Positions 49,632-60,176 are shown, numbered from the stretch's first letter. The stretch: 64,000 bases of DNA from an uncultured Gammaproteobacteria bacterium (GCA_938082545.1 CALKCL010000009.1:9594-73593), one strand, 5' to 3'. A program made the numbers and translations. Notes: generated from the letters alone by a model not told the origin.

Positions 49632-50816
49632 ATGAGTAAACAGCTGAGTTTTGGAGTTCTTGAAGGGGTTGTGGTTTTAGACCTCACGCAAATGCTAGCG
49701 GGCCCCTATTGCACTATGGTTCTAGCGGATCATGGTGCTGATGTTATTAAAATTGAACCTCCTACTGGTGATATGTCCCGAGGGTTAGGGCCTTTCTCAG
49801 CAGATGATATAGAGAAAGAACAAGGAGGATACTTCCATAGTATCAATCGTAACAAGCGCAGTATTGCATTGGATCTCAAAGATGAAAACGATAAAAGTAT
49901 TTTCTTGCAGTTGATCAAAACTGCAGATGTAGTAGTTGAGAATTTTCGAAGTGGAGTGATGGATCGACTAGGTTTGAGCTATGAAACTTTGCGAGAGATC
50001 AATAAAAAGATTGTTTACGCTGCGATTCGTGGGTTTGGTGATCAACGGACTGGTGAGAGTCCCTACAATGAGTGGCCTGCTTTTGACATTGTGGCTCAGG
50101 CAATGGGAGGCTTTATGGCAATGACTGGGCCAGTAGGGATTCCAATGAAAGCTGGACCGGGAGTGGGTGATATTGTCCCAGGATTAATGGCAGCCTTCGG
50201 TATAGTCGCGGGCGTCAGATATGCCGAGAAGAAAGGAGAAGGGCAGTTTGTAGATGTAGCTATGTATGACGCAATGCTCGCCCTTTGTGAAAGAAGCGTA
50301 TATCGGTACTCAGTTGATGGGGCGATTTCGGAAGGGGCAGGAAATGAACATCCTTTAGTTAATCCGTTTTCAGTATATGAGTCTGCGGACGGTTGGATCG
50401 CTTTAGGGTGCCCAACTAATGTCCAGTGGCATGAGCTGGTTGAGGTTATGGATAACGCGAAATTGAGAAATGAAGAACGATTTAAAACCAATGAATTGCG
50501 AGTAGAAAATGCGGTAGAAGTTAGAGCGGAGATAACGGCTTGGACCTCATTATTCAATAAAAAAGAGCTGGCAGAAAAGCTAGGTGGCCGAGTTCCTTTT
50601 GGGCCTGTAAATAACATCGCAGACATATTTGACGATCCTCACATAAGTGTCCGGGATATGTTGAGAACTGTATCTGTGCCGGATTCGAAAGTTGAGATAA
50701 CGATGTCAGGTGTTCCTGTCCACTACTCGAACACGCCAGGTTCTGTGAGAACAGCAGGCCCCAGACTTGATGAGCATCGTGATGAAGTGTTACAACAATT
50801 TTTGGTACAGTCTTGA
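49632..50816 (+). CDS. Class III CoA-transferase (CaiB/BaiF family)
   Basis: LDLTQMLAGP, NRNKRS, ENFRSG and AFDIVAQAMGG. Confidence 0.9.
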   Translation: MSKQLSFGVLEGVVVLDLTQMLAGPYCTMVLADHGADVIKIEPPTGDMSRGLGPFSADDIEKEQGGYFHSINRNKRSIALDLKDENDKSIFLQLIKTADVVVENFRSGVMDRLGLSYETLREINKKIVYAAIRGFGDQRTGESPYNEWPAFDIVAQAMGGFMAMTGPVGIPMKAGPGVGDIVPGLMAAFGIVAGVRYAEKKGEGQFVDVAMYDAMLALCERSVYRYSVDGAISEGAGNEHPLVNPFSVYESADGWIALGCPTNVQWHELVEVMDNAKLRNEERFKTNELRVENAVEVRAEITAWTSLFNKKELAEKLGGRVPFGPVNNIADIFDDPHISVRDMLRTVSVPDSKVEITMSGVPVHYSNTPGSVRTAGPRLDEHRDEVLQQFLVQS

Positions 50817-50843
50817 TAACAAGGTGCGAAAATTAGGATCTGT

Positions 50844-51416
50844 CTATCTAAAAGGCGAAAGCATGTCATCATTTAATGGTATTTCGAAAGCATTAAGCGT
50901 GTGAGACACCAGGCAGTAATAACCCACGGTTGCGACTAATTCCATGATGTTTTCAGTTGTGAGAGAAATCAAGGCAGCCTCATAAGTGCTTTGGGAAATC
51001 TGGTGTTGCTTTAACATTTCAGTCGTCAATTGATGCGCAATTTTCTGAGCGCCGGAAAATTTTGGATCTAGTCCACTACACAATCGTTCTAGGGCTTCCA
51101 CGCTGACGCCCGCTTTAATCGCAATGTCTTTATGGACCGCGACCTCAAACTCAGATTGATAAAATGTCCCAACGGTACAAATCACTATCTCACGGATATC
51201 ACTAGGTAGCGATGTTTCAAAACGGATAGTGGATCCAAGAGACTGAATGGCTTGGCCCAACACTGGGGTTCTGACCCAAACCCCGAATGGTCCCCCTAGA
51301 GGGTTGTCTCCAATGCCTCCTTTTCTCGGTCCACTTTGTATTGCTTCAAGCAGCACAGATTGCTCTACAGACAGCTCTTCTGTTTTCATGTCGGGGAGCC
51401 GCATTTTTTCCTCCAT
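50844..51416 (-). CDS. Carboxymuconolactone decarboxylase/AhpD-like protein
   Basis: GGPFGVW, REIVIC, SEFEVAVH and ELVATVGYY. Confidence 0.78.
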   Translation of the reverse strand: MEEKMRLPDMKTEELSVEQSVLLEAIQSGPRKGGIGDNPLGGPFGVWVRTPVLGQAIQSLGSTIRFETSLPSDIREIVICTVGTFYQSEFEVAVHKDIAIKAGVSVEALERLCSGLDPKFSGAQKIAHQLTTEMLKQHQISQSTYEAALISLTTENIMELVATVGYYCLVSHTLNAFEIPLNDDMLSPFR

Positions 51417-51614
51417 TTATTTCAAAGTTTTCTTTGCAGGACTTCAATTCCTGAAGCTTAACTGTTAACTTAGCATTATCGGCGCGAGATTGTTTGGAAA
51501 ATCATGGGGGTCACAGTATTGATTTATCTGAGTTGAACGTCACTGAGATCATAGAACTTTACACACCCGCTTAGACTAATTTAGAAGACACCAGACTAAC
51601 ATAGGACACATTAG

Positions 51615-52256
51615 ATGATTAAAATTTACGGATATTCAGTAAGTAACTATTTCAATCAGGTCGAGTTTGCCTTGCTAGAGAAAGGAATTGATTTTGAATC
51701 TATTGATACGCAACCGTCACAAGACGATGAGTTCAAAATTAAAAGTCCTATGGGGAAACTCCCTTGTGTTGATATCGATGGGCAATTTTTGTCTGAGGCA
51801 AGTGTAATCATCGAATATTTAGATGCGACTCATGATGGTATAGCACTATTCCCGAGAGAAGCTTTTAGAGCTGCGAGAGTGCGACAGGTAATGAAATGTC
51901 TAGAGTTATATATTGAACTCTCTTGCCGACGGCTTTATGGTGAAGTGTTCTTCGGCGAGCCCCGAGACGAAGCAGCTTTTGAACAAGTCAAACCTGTGAT
52001 GGAAAGTGGTCTATCGGCTTTACGACACTTATGCACTTTTGATGAGTATTTGTGTGGGTCTTTTTCGGCTGCTGATATTGTTGCTGCTCACACTTTCATT
52101 TATGCTGCTCCTGTATGCCAAGCTATCTACGACTGGGACATTGTGGCAGAGATTCCTGATTTAGGTGGTGCGTTAGACTTGATCAATCAGCGGCCCGCAG
52201 GAGCTGAAATTGCTAATAAACAAGCAATAGCGCTTAAAAAAGCATTTAGTGCCTGA
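51615..52256 (+). CDS. Glutathione S-transferase
   Basis: SNYFN, SPMGKLP, LSEASVIIEYLD and FSAADI. Confidence 0.88.
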   Translation: MIKIYGYSVSNYFNQVEFALLEKGIDFESIDTQPSQDDEFKIKSPMGKLPCVDIDGQFLSEASVIIEYLDATHDGIALFPREAFRAARVRQVMKCLELYIELSCRRLYGEVFFGEPRDEAAFEQVKPVMESGLSALRHLCTFDEYLCGSFSAADIVAAHTFIYAAPVCQAIYDWDIVAEIPDLGGALDLINQRPAGAEIANKQAIALKKAFSA

Positions 52257-52289
52257 TTTTATTGAACTGAAAGAAAAGGAGAAAATGAA

Positions 52290-52691
52290 ATGGAGCGCTC
52301 CATTGTGTTACCAGTAGAAGCTATCTCAGAGAGGCTAAACAGCGATAAAGAATTCACACTTAGTGCTCGATTTTGGTATTGTGATTTAAGATTCTCTATT
52401 GGAACTGATCTATACTTTATGCGTATTGAAAACGGCAAAGTAGACACTTTTGTAAGCGGCACTGAGGGCTTCGATTCGTACACGATAAGTGTTTCAGCTC
52501 CGGAGACGGTTTGGGTGGAGATGCTGCGAGAAAAACCAGAACCTTTTTATCATGATTGGTTTGCGGCTTCGTTTCATCACGAGCTCGAATTTGGAGGGGA
52601 TCTTGAGTCGGCATACGCTTACTATTCCTCCATACGCAGAATCCACGCCTGTATGGCCGAATGTTATAACGCCCAGAAATTGGCAGCTTAA
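52290..52691 (+). CDS. Conserved hypothetical protein, possibly SCP2-like fold
   Basis: Good RBS. The size and pattern (RLNSDKEF...ISVSAPETVW...LEFGGD) resemble sterol-carrier-2-like domains. Confidence 0.55.
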   Translation: MERSIVLPVEAISERLNSDKEFTLSARFWYCDLRFSIGTDLYFMRIENGKVDTFVSGTEGFDSYTISVSAPETVWVEMLREKPEPFYHDWFAASFHHELEFGGDLESAYAYYSSIRRIHACMAECYNAQKLAA

Positions 52692-52703
52692 AGGAGAATT
52701 AAA

Positions 52704-53576
52704 ATGGCTCGTTTTTCAAATATTGTCGGACGTTATGTATACCTTGATGTGGAAGGCATTGAATATCGTGTTTATTTTGAAGAGGCTGGAGAGGGTATCC
52801 CTTTGGTCTGTCAGCACACCGCAGGCTCCGACAGCCGTCAATATCGACACCTATTGGAAGATAAAGATATTACGTCTCGCTATAGAGTCATCGCACTCGA
52901 TCTTCCTCTGCACGGGAAGTCTTTGCCGCCGGTAGAAAACCGTTACTGGGAAGATGAGTATAAGTTGAAGAAAGATTGGTTCATGAAATTTTGGATCAGT
53001 TTTGTGAAAGAGCTTGATTTATTTCAACCTGTTTTTATGGGGTGTTCTATGGGAGGTCATTTGGCCGCCGATTTAGCTTGTCATTACCCAGACGAGTTTA
53101 GAGCCTGTATTGGATTAGAATCTTCATGTCATAGTGGAGGATTCGATAAAATGTTTCAGAAATGGTGGAGGCATCCTAGGTTATCTAATGACACGAAGGC
53201 TGCCATGATGCTGAGCCTTTGTTCTCCTCACTCTCCGGAGGCCAGTGTAAGAGAGACAGTCTGGGCTTACAGTCAGGGTGCGCCGCCAGTGTTTTCCGGC
53301 GACTTAAATTATTATGGGATAGAACATGATCTTAGAGAGACCGCTAGCGAAATTGATACGGCAAAGTGTATGTTTTATGTGCTCAGCGGAACATATGACT
53401 GGTCTGCTTATCCAGAGGCATGCCAAGAGCTAGCAAACAAGGTGTCGGGAGCGCAATATACCTTGATGGAAGGTATGGGGCATTTCCCGATGTCGGAAAG
53501 CCCTGTAGAGTTTAAAAAATATCTGATGCCTGTGCTTGCAGACATTGAACAAAAAGACCAGGTAGCAGCAGCTTAA
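52704..53576 (+). CDS. Alpha/beta hydrolase
   Basis: HTAG, DLPLHGKS, nucleophile GCSMGG, GTYD and GHFPMSE. AAGGAG RBS. Confidence 0.85.
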   Translation: MARFSNIVGRYVYLDVEGIEYRVYFEEAGEGIPLVCQHTAGSDSRQYRHLLEDKDITSRYRVIALDLPLHGKSLPPVENRYWEDEYKLKKDWFMKFWISFVKELDLFQPVFMGCSMGGHLAADLACHYPDEFRACIGLESSCHSGGFDKMFQKWWRHPRLSNDTKAAMMLSLCSPHSPEASVRETVWAYSQGAPPVFSGDLNYYGIEHDLRETASEIDTAKCMFYVLSGTYDWSAYPEACQELANKVSGAQYTLMEGMGHFPMSESPVEFKKYLMPVLADIEQKDQVAAA

Positions 53577-53652
53577 CTATTTGATGATGTGACTTCTTTG
53601 CGCAGTTACCTGTCCAATTTTGGACAGGTGGTATTTATGGAGCGGCTTTCGG

Positions 53653-54978
53653 ATGAAGGTATTATCTTTTTTTAGAGTTTTTGGTTTTATTGGCATCGCT
53701 TGTTTCGCTACACAGGGCGCTGCCGCCTCCGTGTCCCGAGCAGATATTACTACTTGGCTTAATCAGGTTGTCACTGTTGATCCGCCAACTGCAGGGACTG
53801 TGGTGACTGACACCAATCTCGACCTAGTTCGCCCTTTTATGCCACCAGGTTACGTTGATGAATTTTCTTATCCTGGTAGCTCTATCACTATACAAGAGAC
53901 CAAAAAATATCCTCTTTTTAAAGCTTATCAAGATGCGACAAATAAATATGCGGGGCAGCCAAAACTCGGCGCTGGGGGAGAGCTTGAAGATTATCAAGCC
54001 GGCCGACCATTCTCTAACGAACAAATTGCAGCCGCATCTTTGGAGCACGCTGGTCTTATGGTAGCTTGGAATAATATTTATCGATGGCAGTTTACAGGAT
54101 ATCAAGTCTCGAAACTTGCAATGACATATATTGATCAAGGAGACGGAAAAAATGGAAAGAAAGAGTCTAGTTACGGTATCGAAGGTGACGGTCGTATCGA
54201 GCGACGGGTAATACAAGAGTTCCATCGAGTGTATTTGAGTAATTTGGCTATGCTGCCTAAAGACGACTATAAGATGAAAGTACCCAGTGCTGCTGATAAA
54301 TATTTTAAGGATTATATTGAGTTCTCTGACCCTTTTGATATAGCGGGCATGAAGTTTGTGGTTGAGCGCGCTCAGGATGCGCATGCGGATGACCAAGTGA
54401 ACGTCTATTCCCCTACTGAACGCCGAGTTCGTAGGTATTCGGCTAAAGAAAGATCGGATAGCTTTATGGGGAGTGAAATAACGTTAGATGATTTTGATGG
54501 CTTTGCCGGTCGGGTGTTAGATTATCAATGGGATTACTTAGGTACAAAAAAAGTATTGGATGTCATTGATACTGAAGGAAAACCGATTCGGTTTGGTGGT
54601 CCTTTTAGCCGAGCAATTATCGATCGCTGGCAATTGCGGAATTGCCATGTGGTGGAAGTTAAGTCTACGTGGGATGGACACCCGTATAAGAGCAAAATAA
54701 TATTTATTGATGACGAAACATTTGATATAGCGAATGCACTTGTTTTTAATCAGAAGGACGAGTTGTGGAAAATATTTGATGCTATGTATCGATCGCCAAA
54801 AATAGGTGAAACAGAAGCGGAAAAATCTGTTGTCAGTTGGAGAGGGCAGTCAAATATTAATTTAATTACGAATCGAGCTACTTTAGTGCATGCAATGTCA
54901 GACACAATTCATCCGACCATGAAGCCTTCAAAGATCAAGCGACTGTTTAGTGTGTCCTCCCTAACCAGTGGGCAGTAG
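53653..54978 (+). CDS. DUF1329 family exported protein (LolA-like, lipoprotein-sorting associated)
   Basis: Signal peptide, YQAGRPF, YSPTERRVRR, DDFDGFAG, HPYKSK and ELWK. Confidence 0.75.
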   Translation: MKVLSFFRVFGFIGIACFATQGAAASVSRADITTWLNQVVTVDPPTAGTVVTDTNLDLVRPFMPPGYVDEFSYPGSSITIQETKKYPLFKAYQDATNKYAGQPKLGAGGELEDYQAGRPFSNEQIAAASLEHAGLMVAWNNIYRWQFTGYQVSKLAMTYIDQGDGKNGKKESSYGIEGDGRIERRVIQEFHRVYLSNLAMLPKDDYKMKVPSAADKYFKDYIEFSDPFDIAGMKFVVERAQDAHADDQVNVYSPTERRVRRYSAKERSDSFMGSEITLDDFDGFAGRVLDYQWDYLGTKKVLDVIDTEGKPIRFGGPFSRAIIDRWQLRNCHVVEVKSTWDGHPYKSKIIFIDDETFDIANALVFNQKDELWKIFDAMYRSPKIGETEAEKSVVSWRGQSNINLITNRATLVHAMSDTIHPTMKPSKIKRLFSVSSLTSGQ

Positions 54979-55023
54979 TTGGCGTTCGGTCATGTGGTTT
55001 GATCTAGATGAATGTGATGGTAA

Positions 55024-55638
55024 TTGTCTTTGCTAAGTCTTGAACTTGTCAGAGCTGCTCTTGACTCTCAAAAGCTTGAGAGGAGTGTATTTGAGCCAAA
55101 TGCAACTCATGCCTCTGTTGCCATGATCCTAACGAGACGAGGTGGAGTACTAGAAGTCTGTTTTATTCGAAGAGCCGAGCGTGAAGGTGACCCTTGGTCT
55201 GGGCAGGTTGCATTCCCGGGAGGACGGGCTTCTCGATTAGATGAGAGCCCTGCGCATGTTGCGGAGAGAGAAACTCGCGAAGAAGTAGGCTTAGATATAA
55301 ACGAAGGCGAGAGAATCGGTTCTCTGCCTCAGAGAGTTATAGAAAGAAACGACTTGAAGAACAATTTAACTTTGTCGCCTATCGTTTACTATATTGAAAG
55401 TAAGAAAGCAGAGAAAGCTATCCCTCTTCAAAAAGAGGAAGTAGCCCACGTTTTCTGGGTTCCTCTATCTCATTTATTTAGCGAGGATTTCGTAACTGAG
55501 ATTGAATACCCAATGGGGGGCCAGTTACGAAATTTTCCTGGCATCAAGCATGATGGCGAGGTCATCTGGGGCCTCACATTGAGAGTGTTGCAGAGCTTCT
55601 CCGAAGCCGTAGGAGTTTCAATGCCAGCGACTTGTTGA
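55024..55638 (+). CDS. Nudix hydrolase, CoA pyrophosphatase (NudL-like)
   Basis: WSGQVAFPGG, AERETREEVGL, EVAHVFWVP and IWGLT. Confidence 0.87.
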   Translation: MSLLSLELVRAALDSQKLERSVFEPNATHASVAMILTRRGGVLEVCFIRRAEREGDPWSGQVAFPGGRASRLDESPAHVAERETREEVGLDINEGERIGSLPQRVIERNDLKNNLTLSPIVYYIESKKAEKAIPLQKEEVAHVFWVPLSHLFSEDFVTEIEYPMGGQLRNFPGIKHDGEVIWGLTLRVLQSFSEAVGVSMPATC

Positions 55639-55667
55639 TGCTGGGTGGTTTTTGACTCCTGTCCGTC

Positions 55668-56348
55668 TTACGGTTTTTTCATACCTATCCGTTCATAGTA
55701 TTTCAATGGTATTTTATCTGGATCTTTGTAAATAAATAAAGAGCAGTCATCGCAGCCAAGGTTTTCTGCAGGTTCCACTACTATGAAAGGTTTTCCATTC
55801 TCTTCAATATCAATTTTCTCCATGGCATATTCATGGGCGCAGTAAACGGGATAATCACTGCGGTTATAGGTCATTGCTTGAGGTTCTTTCACCTTTAGGA
55901 ACGCATCTTTCCCTTCATATTTCCCTTCCGAAATTAATCTTCCTCCGCTTCCACATGGTCTCAGCTTGATTTCTATTTTCTCTTCATCTTCTGTTATACC
56001 TAGTGGCTGAAGGTGTCCATGCAAGCCGGAGGCAAACATTTTCACTCTAGCAGCAAGAGTGTCTTCGCCTTTGGGTAAGCTTGATACAATAGGTTGCCAC
56101 CAAGCTCGGACACCTTCAACCATGATTTCGTCTAGCGCTTGATCCCCATATCTCTGCCCTACTTCTGTGAGAGTAGCCGTGATCCAATTGCGGTATAAGT
56201 CATGCATACTTAGGAACTCGTTGTACATTCGGCCAGCTATTTTTTTAGCCCCCTCCGAATCACCTGCATCTATAGCTTCAGTGAGTCTATCAACGGTGCG
56301 TTTCTCCATTTCCCGGAGCTCATCGTCTGTGAAAAGTTTGTTCGTCAT
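55668..56348 (-). CDS. Conserved hypothetical protein with Cys/His motifs
   Basis: Clean 226 aa ORF with an RBS. Motifs MHD, LHGH, RPCGSGGRL, YCAH and CDDC. Confidence 0.7.
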   Translation of the reverse strand: MTNKLFTDDELREMEKRTVDRLTEAIDAGDSEGAKKIAGRMYNEFLSMHDLYRNWITATLTEVGQRYGDQALDEIMVEGVRAWWQPIVSSLPKGEDTLAARVKMFASGLHGHLQPLGITEDEEKIEIKLRPCGSGGRLISEGKYEGKDAFLKVKEPQAMTYNRSDYPVYCAHEYAMEKIDIEENGKPFIVVEPAENLGCDDCSLFIYKDPDKIPLKYYERIGMKKP

Positions 56349-56373
56349 TTTCTTCCCCTAGCAGTTGTTATCT

Positions 56374-57213
56374 TTAAGCCGGTCGATCTCCTTTCAATGT
56401 CACACGATACATCATCCGACGACATCCATGGTAGTCGTTGAGTGCATTGTGTTGCGCAGCGCGATTGTCCCAAAAAGCAAGTGAGCCTTGCTTCCAATGA
56501 AATCTGCACGTAAACTCCTCACGTTGTTGAAGATTATATAAGTAATTAAGTATTGGAGCGCTTTCGGCGACAGTCATGCCTTCAATATTCATCGTGTGAG
56601 CGGCACTACAGTAAAGTGCTTTTCGCCCTGTTTCAGGATGAGTTCTAACAAGCGGATGCGCCGAGGTGGTGATGATTTCAGTAGCCTGTTTGGGCTTCTC
56701 AGCTATTCTGTGGGTCCGGCCCAATGCCGCATCTGGTTTTTCTGCGCTATTAACGCCCTTCAGATCATTTAAAATGTCTTTCATTTTGTTACTTAGCGCG
56801 TCGTAAGCTAAATACATGTTTGAAAATAGTGTATCGCCTCCTATAGGAGGGACATCAAGAGCGTAGAGCAGCGATCCTAATGGGGGTTCTTGCAGGTAAC
56901 TGGTATCTGTGTGCCAGAGTCCCCCAAAATTAACTTTCTCTCCTTCTTTTTTTTCTACCTCTACCACTTCAGGGAAATCTCTCATTCCCTCTACGAAAGG
57001 GTAGTATCCTATTTCGCCAAAACTGCGTGCTACTTGAATGAGGGTCTTTGGTGTTAAGTCTTGCTGATTGAAAAAGACCACTTGATGTTCTAAGAATGCG
57101 GCTCGGATCGTATCGACTGTAGAAGGTGAGAGTTCATGACTTAGATCGACATGATCAATCACCGCACCAATTGCAGGGGTTAGTGGACGGACTGAAATCG
57201 CGGAATCGATCAT
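56374..57213 (-). CDS. TauD/TfdA family 2-oxoglutarate/Fe(II) dioxygenase
   Basis: WHTDTSY, GGDT, HPLVRTHPETGRK, WDNRAAQH and MYRVT. Confidence 0.92.
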   Translation of the reverse strand: MIDSAISVRPLTPAIGAVIDHVDLSHELSPSTVDTIRAAFLEHQVVFFNQQDLTPKTLIQVARSFGEIGYYPFVEGMRDFPEVVEVEKKEGEKVNFGGLWHTDTSYLQEPPLGSLLYALDVPPIGGDTLFSNMYLAYDALSNKMKDILNDLKGVNSAEKPDAALGRTHRIAEKPKQATEIITTSAHPLVRTHPETGRKALYCSAAHTMNIEGMTVAESAPILNYLYNLQQREEFTCRFHWKQGSLAFWDNRAAQHNALNDYHGCRRMMYRVTLKGDRPA

Positions 57214-57248
57214 GGTGCACTCGCTCTAATTATTTGCTGTTATTTGTT

Positions 57249-58085
57249 CTAATGAACGGCTTGCCTAATAGTGCCATCGATTTGTTCAATAATCTCTTTA
57301 TACTCATCGACTGTTTCATAACTTTGGGTGTGCACAAATTCTGTGACACCAGCTTCTTTGTATGCGGCTGCGAGATCTATTGCTTTATTCTTTTCATTTA
57401 AAGGCAGCGTTTTCATCATCACTACTTCTAAACGTTTCAATCCGGATTCGTCAGTCTTGCTATTCCATTCGGTCATAGTAGATTTTATATCAGCGGGTGT
57501 CTGTCCAAATGCAGGTTGCCAGCCTGTTCCGAAGGCTATTGCCCTTGGTATGGCTATTTCGGCGATGCCTCCAATGTAAATGGGTGGAAGTGATAGTTGA
57601 GGTTTGATGAGGAAATCTTGGCCATGTAAATTGTGGAGAGCTCCGTTAGACGCATCATGTAAAAATTTTAATGTTTCATCAGTTATCCTGCCACGTTTGG
57701 TTTTGAGTACTCCAAGCGCCGTAAATTCTTCTTTGAGATATCCCGGGCCACAACCAAGAAGGAATCTGTTTTTTGAAAGTACTTGTATACTGGCAATCAA
57801 CTTACCAGTCACGACGGCAGGCCTATATGGCAAGACCAAGACACCCGTTCCAAATCTTATGCGGGCAGTAATCCCTGCTAGGTAACTTGCGACGGCTAAG
57901 GGATCAAGTATATCTCCCATACTAGGGTCAATTTGGTATTCGTTATCAAACACAGGTGGCAGGCCAAGGTGATCATTTAACCAAATTGAGTCAAGTGTAG
58001 AATCATCAGCTGAACGCGCACAAGCAGCAAGAAAGTCTGGCTTTGCTGTTGGCCCCCAGTTTCGTATATTCATTCCTAACTTCAT
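57249..58085 (-). CDS. LLM class flavin (possibly F420-type) oxidoreductase
   Basis: WLNDH, LDPL, FGTGVLVLPYR, LGCGPGYLKEEF and PPIYIGG. Likely start MKLGMN at 58085. Confidence 0.83.
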   Translation of the reverse strand: MKLGMNIRNWGPTAKPDFLAACARSADDSTLDSIWLNDHLGLPPVFDNEYQIDPSMGDILDPLAVASYLAGITARIRFGTGVLVLPYRPAVVTGKLIASIQVLSKNRFLLGCGPGYLKEEFTALGVLKTKRGRITDETLKFLHDASNGALHNLHGQDFLIKPQLSLPPIYIGGIAEIAIPRAIAFGTGWQPAFGQTPADIKSTMTEWNSKTDESGLKRLEVVMMKTLPLNEKNKAIDLAAAYKEAGVTEFVHTQSYETVDEYKEIIEQIDGTIRQAVH

Positions 58086-58192
58086 TTTTTCCTCTTTGAT
58101 TCCTTTGATTTGCTTTACGGAGAGTATCGTAGCGAAGGTGTACAATACTAATGCTTATTTTTTTTTATACCAAGTGATATCAGAGGTGCGTA

Positions 58193-58603
58193 ATGTCTAA
58201 ATTAAAAGGTGGCTGCATGTGTGGGGATATACAATATGATGTGGAAGGTGATTCAAGCGTGACGGGTATTTGTCATTGCTCGGACTGTAAACGCCAGACG
58301 GGTTCCGCATTCTCGACGATTGTAGGAGTTGGTGCGGATCAGATCGTTGTCGAAGGAACTCCTCGGATCTATGAAACTAAAGGTCTAAGTGGTGAGGGTG
58401 TTTTAAGACATTTTTGCGGAAACTGCGGTTCGCCTTTATATTCTGTAGTCAACTCGATGCCGGGTGTTGCGTTTATTAAAGCTGGAACACTTGACGACAC
58501 CTCTTGGCTAGTTCCCACTATTGAGTTCTTTTGCGATAATGCAGATCATTGGACAACTCAGGATGTCCAGAGGCAGAAGTTTGGGCTGATGCCCCCTGGC
58601 TGA
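58193..58603 (+). CDS. GFA (glutathione-dependent formaldehyde-activating/CENP-V) family protein
   Basis: GGCMCG, CHCSDC, FCGNCGSP and GTLDD. Confidence 0.9.
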   Translation: MSKLKGGCMCGDIQYDVEGDSSVTGICHCSDCKRQTGSAFSTIVGVGADQIVVEGTPRIYETKGLSGEGVLRHFCGNCGSPLYSVVNSMPGVAFIKAGTLDDTSWLVPTIEFFCDNADHWTTQDVQRQKFGLMPPG

Positions 58604-58619
58604 TTATTATTTTGCGATC

Positions 58620-60176
58620 CTAGTTGACTGCTTTTTTAAGCCCTTTCCAGAAAGGCTTTCTTAATTCTGTTTTCAGTACTTTGCCTGCGCCGGATAAGGG
58701 TAAAGGTTCGGTACGCAGGGTTATTGAACGCGGACATTTAAAATCAGCGATTAATGCACGGCAGTGCGACATTAACTCCTCTGGAGAAACTTTTTCATCG
58801 TTCTCAGTAAGGACTATGGCATGGACTCTTTCACCCCATTTTTCATCGGGTACTCCAATGACGGCGCATTGTGCGACTTTGGGGTGCTGATACATTGCAT
58901 TTTCGACCTCTGCTGAGTAGACGTTTTCTCCACCAGATATAATCATGTCTTTAAGACGGTCACTAATAAATATGAAGCCTTCTTCATCCATATGCGCGGC
59001 ATCACCTGTATGGAGCCAGCCGTTTTTGATTGTGTCCTGAGTAAGCTTTTCTTGTCCCCAATAACCTTTCATGATGTTGGGACCTCTAGCTATGATTTCC
59101 CCAATAGTCCCCCGAGGAACTTCGTTACCATCTTCATCGATGATCTTTATCTCAACTGCAGGCATTGCTCTGCCGGCCGATCTTAGACGGCCAGCCAAAG
59201 GGCCAGTTGTGACGTGGTACGAAGGGTCCAACGAAGTTAAAAGAGGCGCTGATTCAGTTTGCCCGTACAAATGGTATGCCTTTACATGCGGCAATTTTTC
59301 AATGAGCTCCCCCGCGACTGCCTCTGGCATAGGTGATGCACCATAGTACAAATGTTTGAGAGAACTAAAGTTGTAACTTGAGAACTCAGGGAGAGCGAGT
59401 AGCATTTGAATCATCGTTGGCACGAGAATTATGTCGCTTATAGCATGTTTGCCTATAGCTTCCGCGCATGTTTGGGGTTCAAATCGGGGAACGAAAACAT
59501 GGCAGCCGGCTAATTGAGTGATGGTATAAAAGAACTCAGCATCGGCAATATGAAAGGCTGGAGCGACATGGAGATAGTTCATTCCATCGCTTGTTTCCAT
59601 TAGCGCTGCAGATTGAAAAGTATTAGACATATGGTTTTCATGCGTTAGCATTACGCCTTTCGATCTCCCGGTAGTGCCACCGGTATAAAAAATACCCGAG
59701 ATGTCGTCACCGTTGTTGTGGAACTCAGGGACGCTATCGGAATCGGCGATTAGTTTCTCATGTGTGGCGTCAGACCCTAGGAATTCACTTTCCAATGCTA
59801 TGATAGTCAACTCATGATTGACTAGCTTTCTAAGGTCGCTTGCTAATCCGCTAAATTCATCATCGAGAAACACAAATTTTGTTCCTGAGTCATTTAATGC
59901 GAATGCGATCTCAGGGGCAGACCATCTATAGTTTATCGGAACGATCACACCTCCTGCCCAGGGCGTAGCAAAAAGAGTTTCCAAATACTTGTCGGAGTTA
60001 AGACTTACGATAGCAACTCTGTCTTGAGTTTGCAGGCCGCACTTGAGGAGGCCTGATGCGAGCTTTGAGATTCTTTCTACAAGTTCTTCCCATGTCGTAC
60101 TGCGATCTCCAAAGATAGTTGCAATAGCTTTGGGTTTTTGTTGAAGGTTTCTTATAAGTGCTTGTGTGACGCGCAT
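58620..60176 (-). CDS. Long-chain acyl-CoA synthetase / AMP-binding enzyme
   Basis: [37 protein letters not shown] and SGAGK. Confidence 0.92.
   Translation of the reverse strand: MRVTQALIRNLQQKPKAIATIFGDRSTTWEELVERISKLASGLLKCGLQTQDRVAIVSLNSDKYLETLFATPWAGGVIVPINYRWSAPEIAFALNDSGTKFVFLDDEFSGLASDLRKLVNHELTIIALESEFLGSDATHEKLIADSDSVPEFHNNGDDISGIFYTGGTTGRSKGVMLTHENHMSNTFQSAALMETSDGMNYLHVAPAFHIADAEFFYTITQLAGCHVFVPRFEPQTCAEAIGKHAISDIILVPTMIQMLLALPEFSSYNFSSLKHLYYGASPMPEAVAGELIEKLPHVKAYHLYGQTESAPLLTSLDPSYHVTTGPLAGRLRSAGRAMPAVEIKIIDEDGNEVPRGTIGEIIARGPNIMKGYWGQEKLTQDTIKNGWLHTGDAAHMDEEGFIFISDRLKDMIISGGENVYSAEVENAMYQHPKVAQCAVIGVPDEKWGERVHAIVLTENDEKVSPEELMSHCRALIADFKCPRSITLRTEPLPLSGAGKVLKTELRKPFWKGLKKAVN

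Noticed and set aside
52489-52935. 148 aa alternate-frame ORF, and the many other short antisense or overlapping ORFs in the track (for example 53824-54396, 50096-50626, 42108-42632)
   Set aside because: They lie within well-supported genes and lack motifs, so they are treated as shadow ORFs.
57249-58085. F420-dependent metabolism
   Set aside because: The family resemblance alone is insufficient, and no cof/fbi biosynthesis genes are in the window.
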